A stretch of 64,000 bases of DNA, from the NCBI GenBank assembly GCA_964187785.1, contig OZ076409.1, forward strand, positions 92,878,001 to 92,942,000, in the 5' to 3' direction. Every line of letters begins with the position of its first letter. Position 1 is the stretch's first letter. This stretch comes from Amphiscolops sp. MND2022. Lineage: Eukaryota. The position numbers were made by a program, and so were the translations under genes. The notes beneath the pieces were generated by a model. It searched no databases and had not been told where the DNA came from. It worked only from the letters and a program-made list of their open reading frames with translations. Shown here piece after piece: positions 63,401-64,000 of this stretch.

Positions 63401-64000
63401 AACAACCACAACCGTTTGTGGAAACCTTTTTTAATGCAAGCTGAGGTGGAAAAGAGACCAAAACTTTGGTTTCACGCGGGAATCGAAACCAAGTACTCCA
63501 AAAGGAAAAAGTTCACGACCAAAAATATGAGGTTGCCTAATTCTCACTTTTTTGGAAGGAGTTTTATACCGTCGAAGCTTCGAAATTTTTACTGGAAAAT
63601 GTATCGTTGTGTCAGCGAGTAAACGGTTGATTAGCAAGGGTCCTGATTTATCCGCCAACGATTTTCATGATTTTTGTTAGGATACAGAACCGGCCTGTGA
63701 TGGCGAAAGGTCGTCGCCTGAGAAATGACTAGAACTAAGATGTCTCAAACCCAAAAACTTATGCGTGAGAATATCTTCTTGTATTAAAAAAGTTGTTATA
63801 AGACGTTTAGTACCGGGAAGAAGAGAGGCGGGGAATGTTGTCAAGGGGTAGTTGCTCCTTCCTTCGATTCGTGGTTGAACATCTAGTCAATTGGGTAGCG
63901 AAAAAAGTTCATGGGTTCACGAATGAATGGCTCGGAGCGACAAATTCATATAGCAAAGTCGAGTTTGGATAATGCAGCAACCTATGCAACAAAAGTTATG

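Noticed and set aside
60500..64000. Short ORFs in the last 3.5 kb
   Set aside because: No recognisable motifs; consistent with intergenic or old repeat DNA.

Overview
AT-rich eukaryotic (animal-like) DNA with GT-AG introns, made almost entirely of nested transposable elements. In order: (1) 1-8.2 kb, a head-to-tail array of CR1-like LINE copies with (GGAA)n tails; (2) a Gypsy solo LTR at 10105-11553 (TSD ACGCT); (3) a minus-strand Ty3/Gypsy retrotransposon spanning 14795-49402 (TSD GCGGT) with gag, pol, an extra ORF reading into the 3' LTR, and an antisense spliced BED-finger/hAT-like gene; (4) a ~17.8-kb insertion (~18970-36723) that splits that antisense gene. This insertion is the main candidate for an undescribed system. 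It encodes a RAG1/Transib-like DDE transposase with a BRCT tail, a zinc-finger plus KDM7/PHF8-like JmjC demethylase, a SET methyltransferase fused to a tyrosine-recombinase-like remnant, and a Tudor-like ORF, and one recurring GYGGAA motif marks both ends and the internal foldbacks; (5) a non-autonomous LTR element at 51607-56724, Helentron-like elements, MITEs and palindromes; (6) the 3' exons of a host rhodopsin-type GPCR whose introns hold the later elements. All family calls come from reading motifs by eye; no searches were run. Several frameshifts fall in homopolymers and may be assembly errors.
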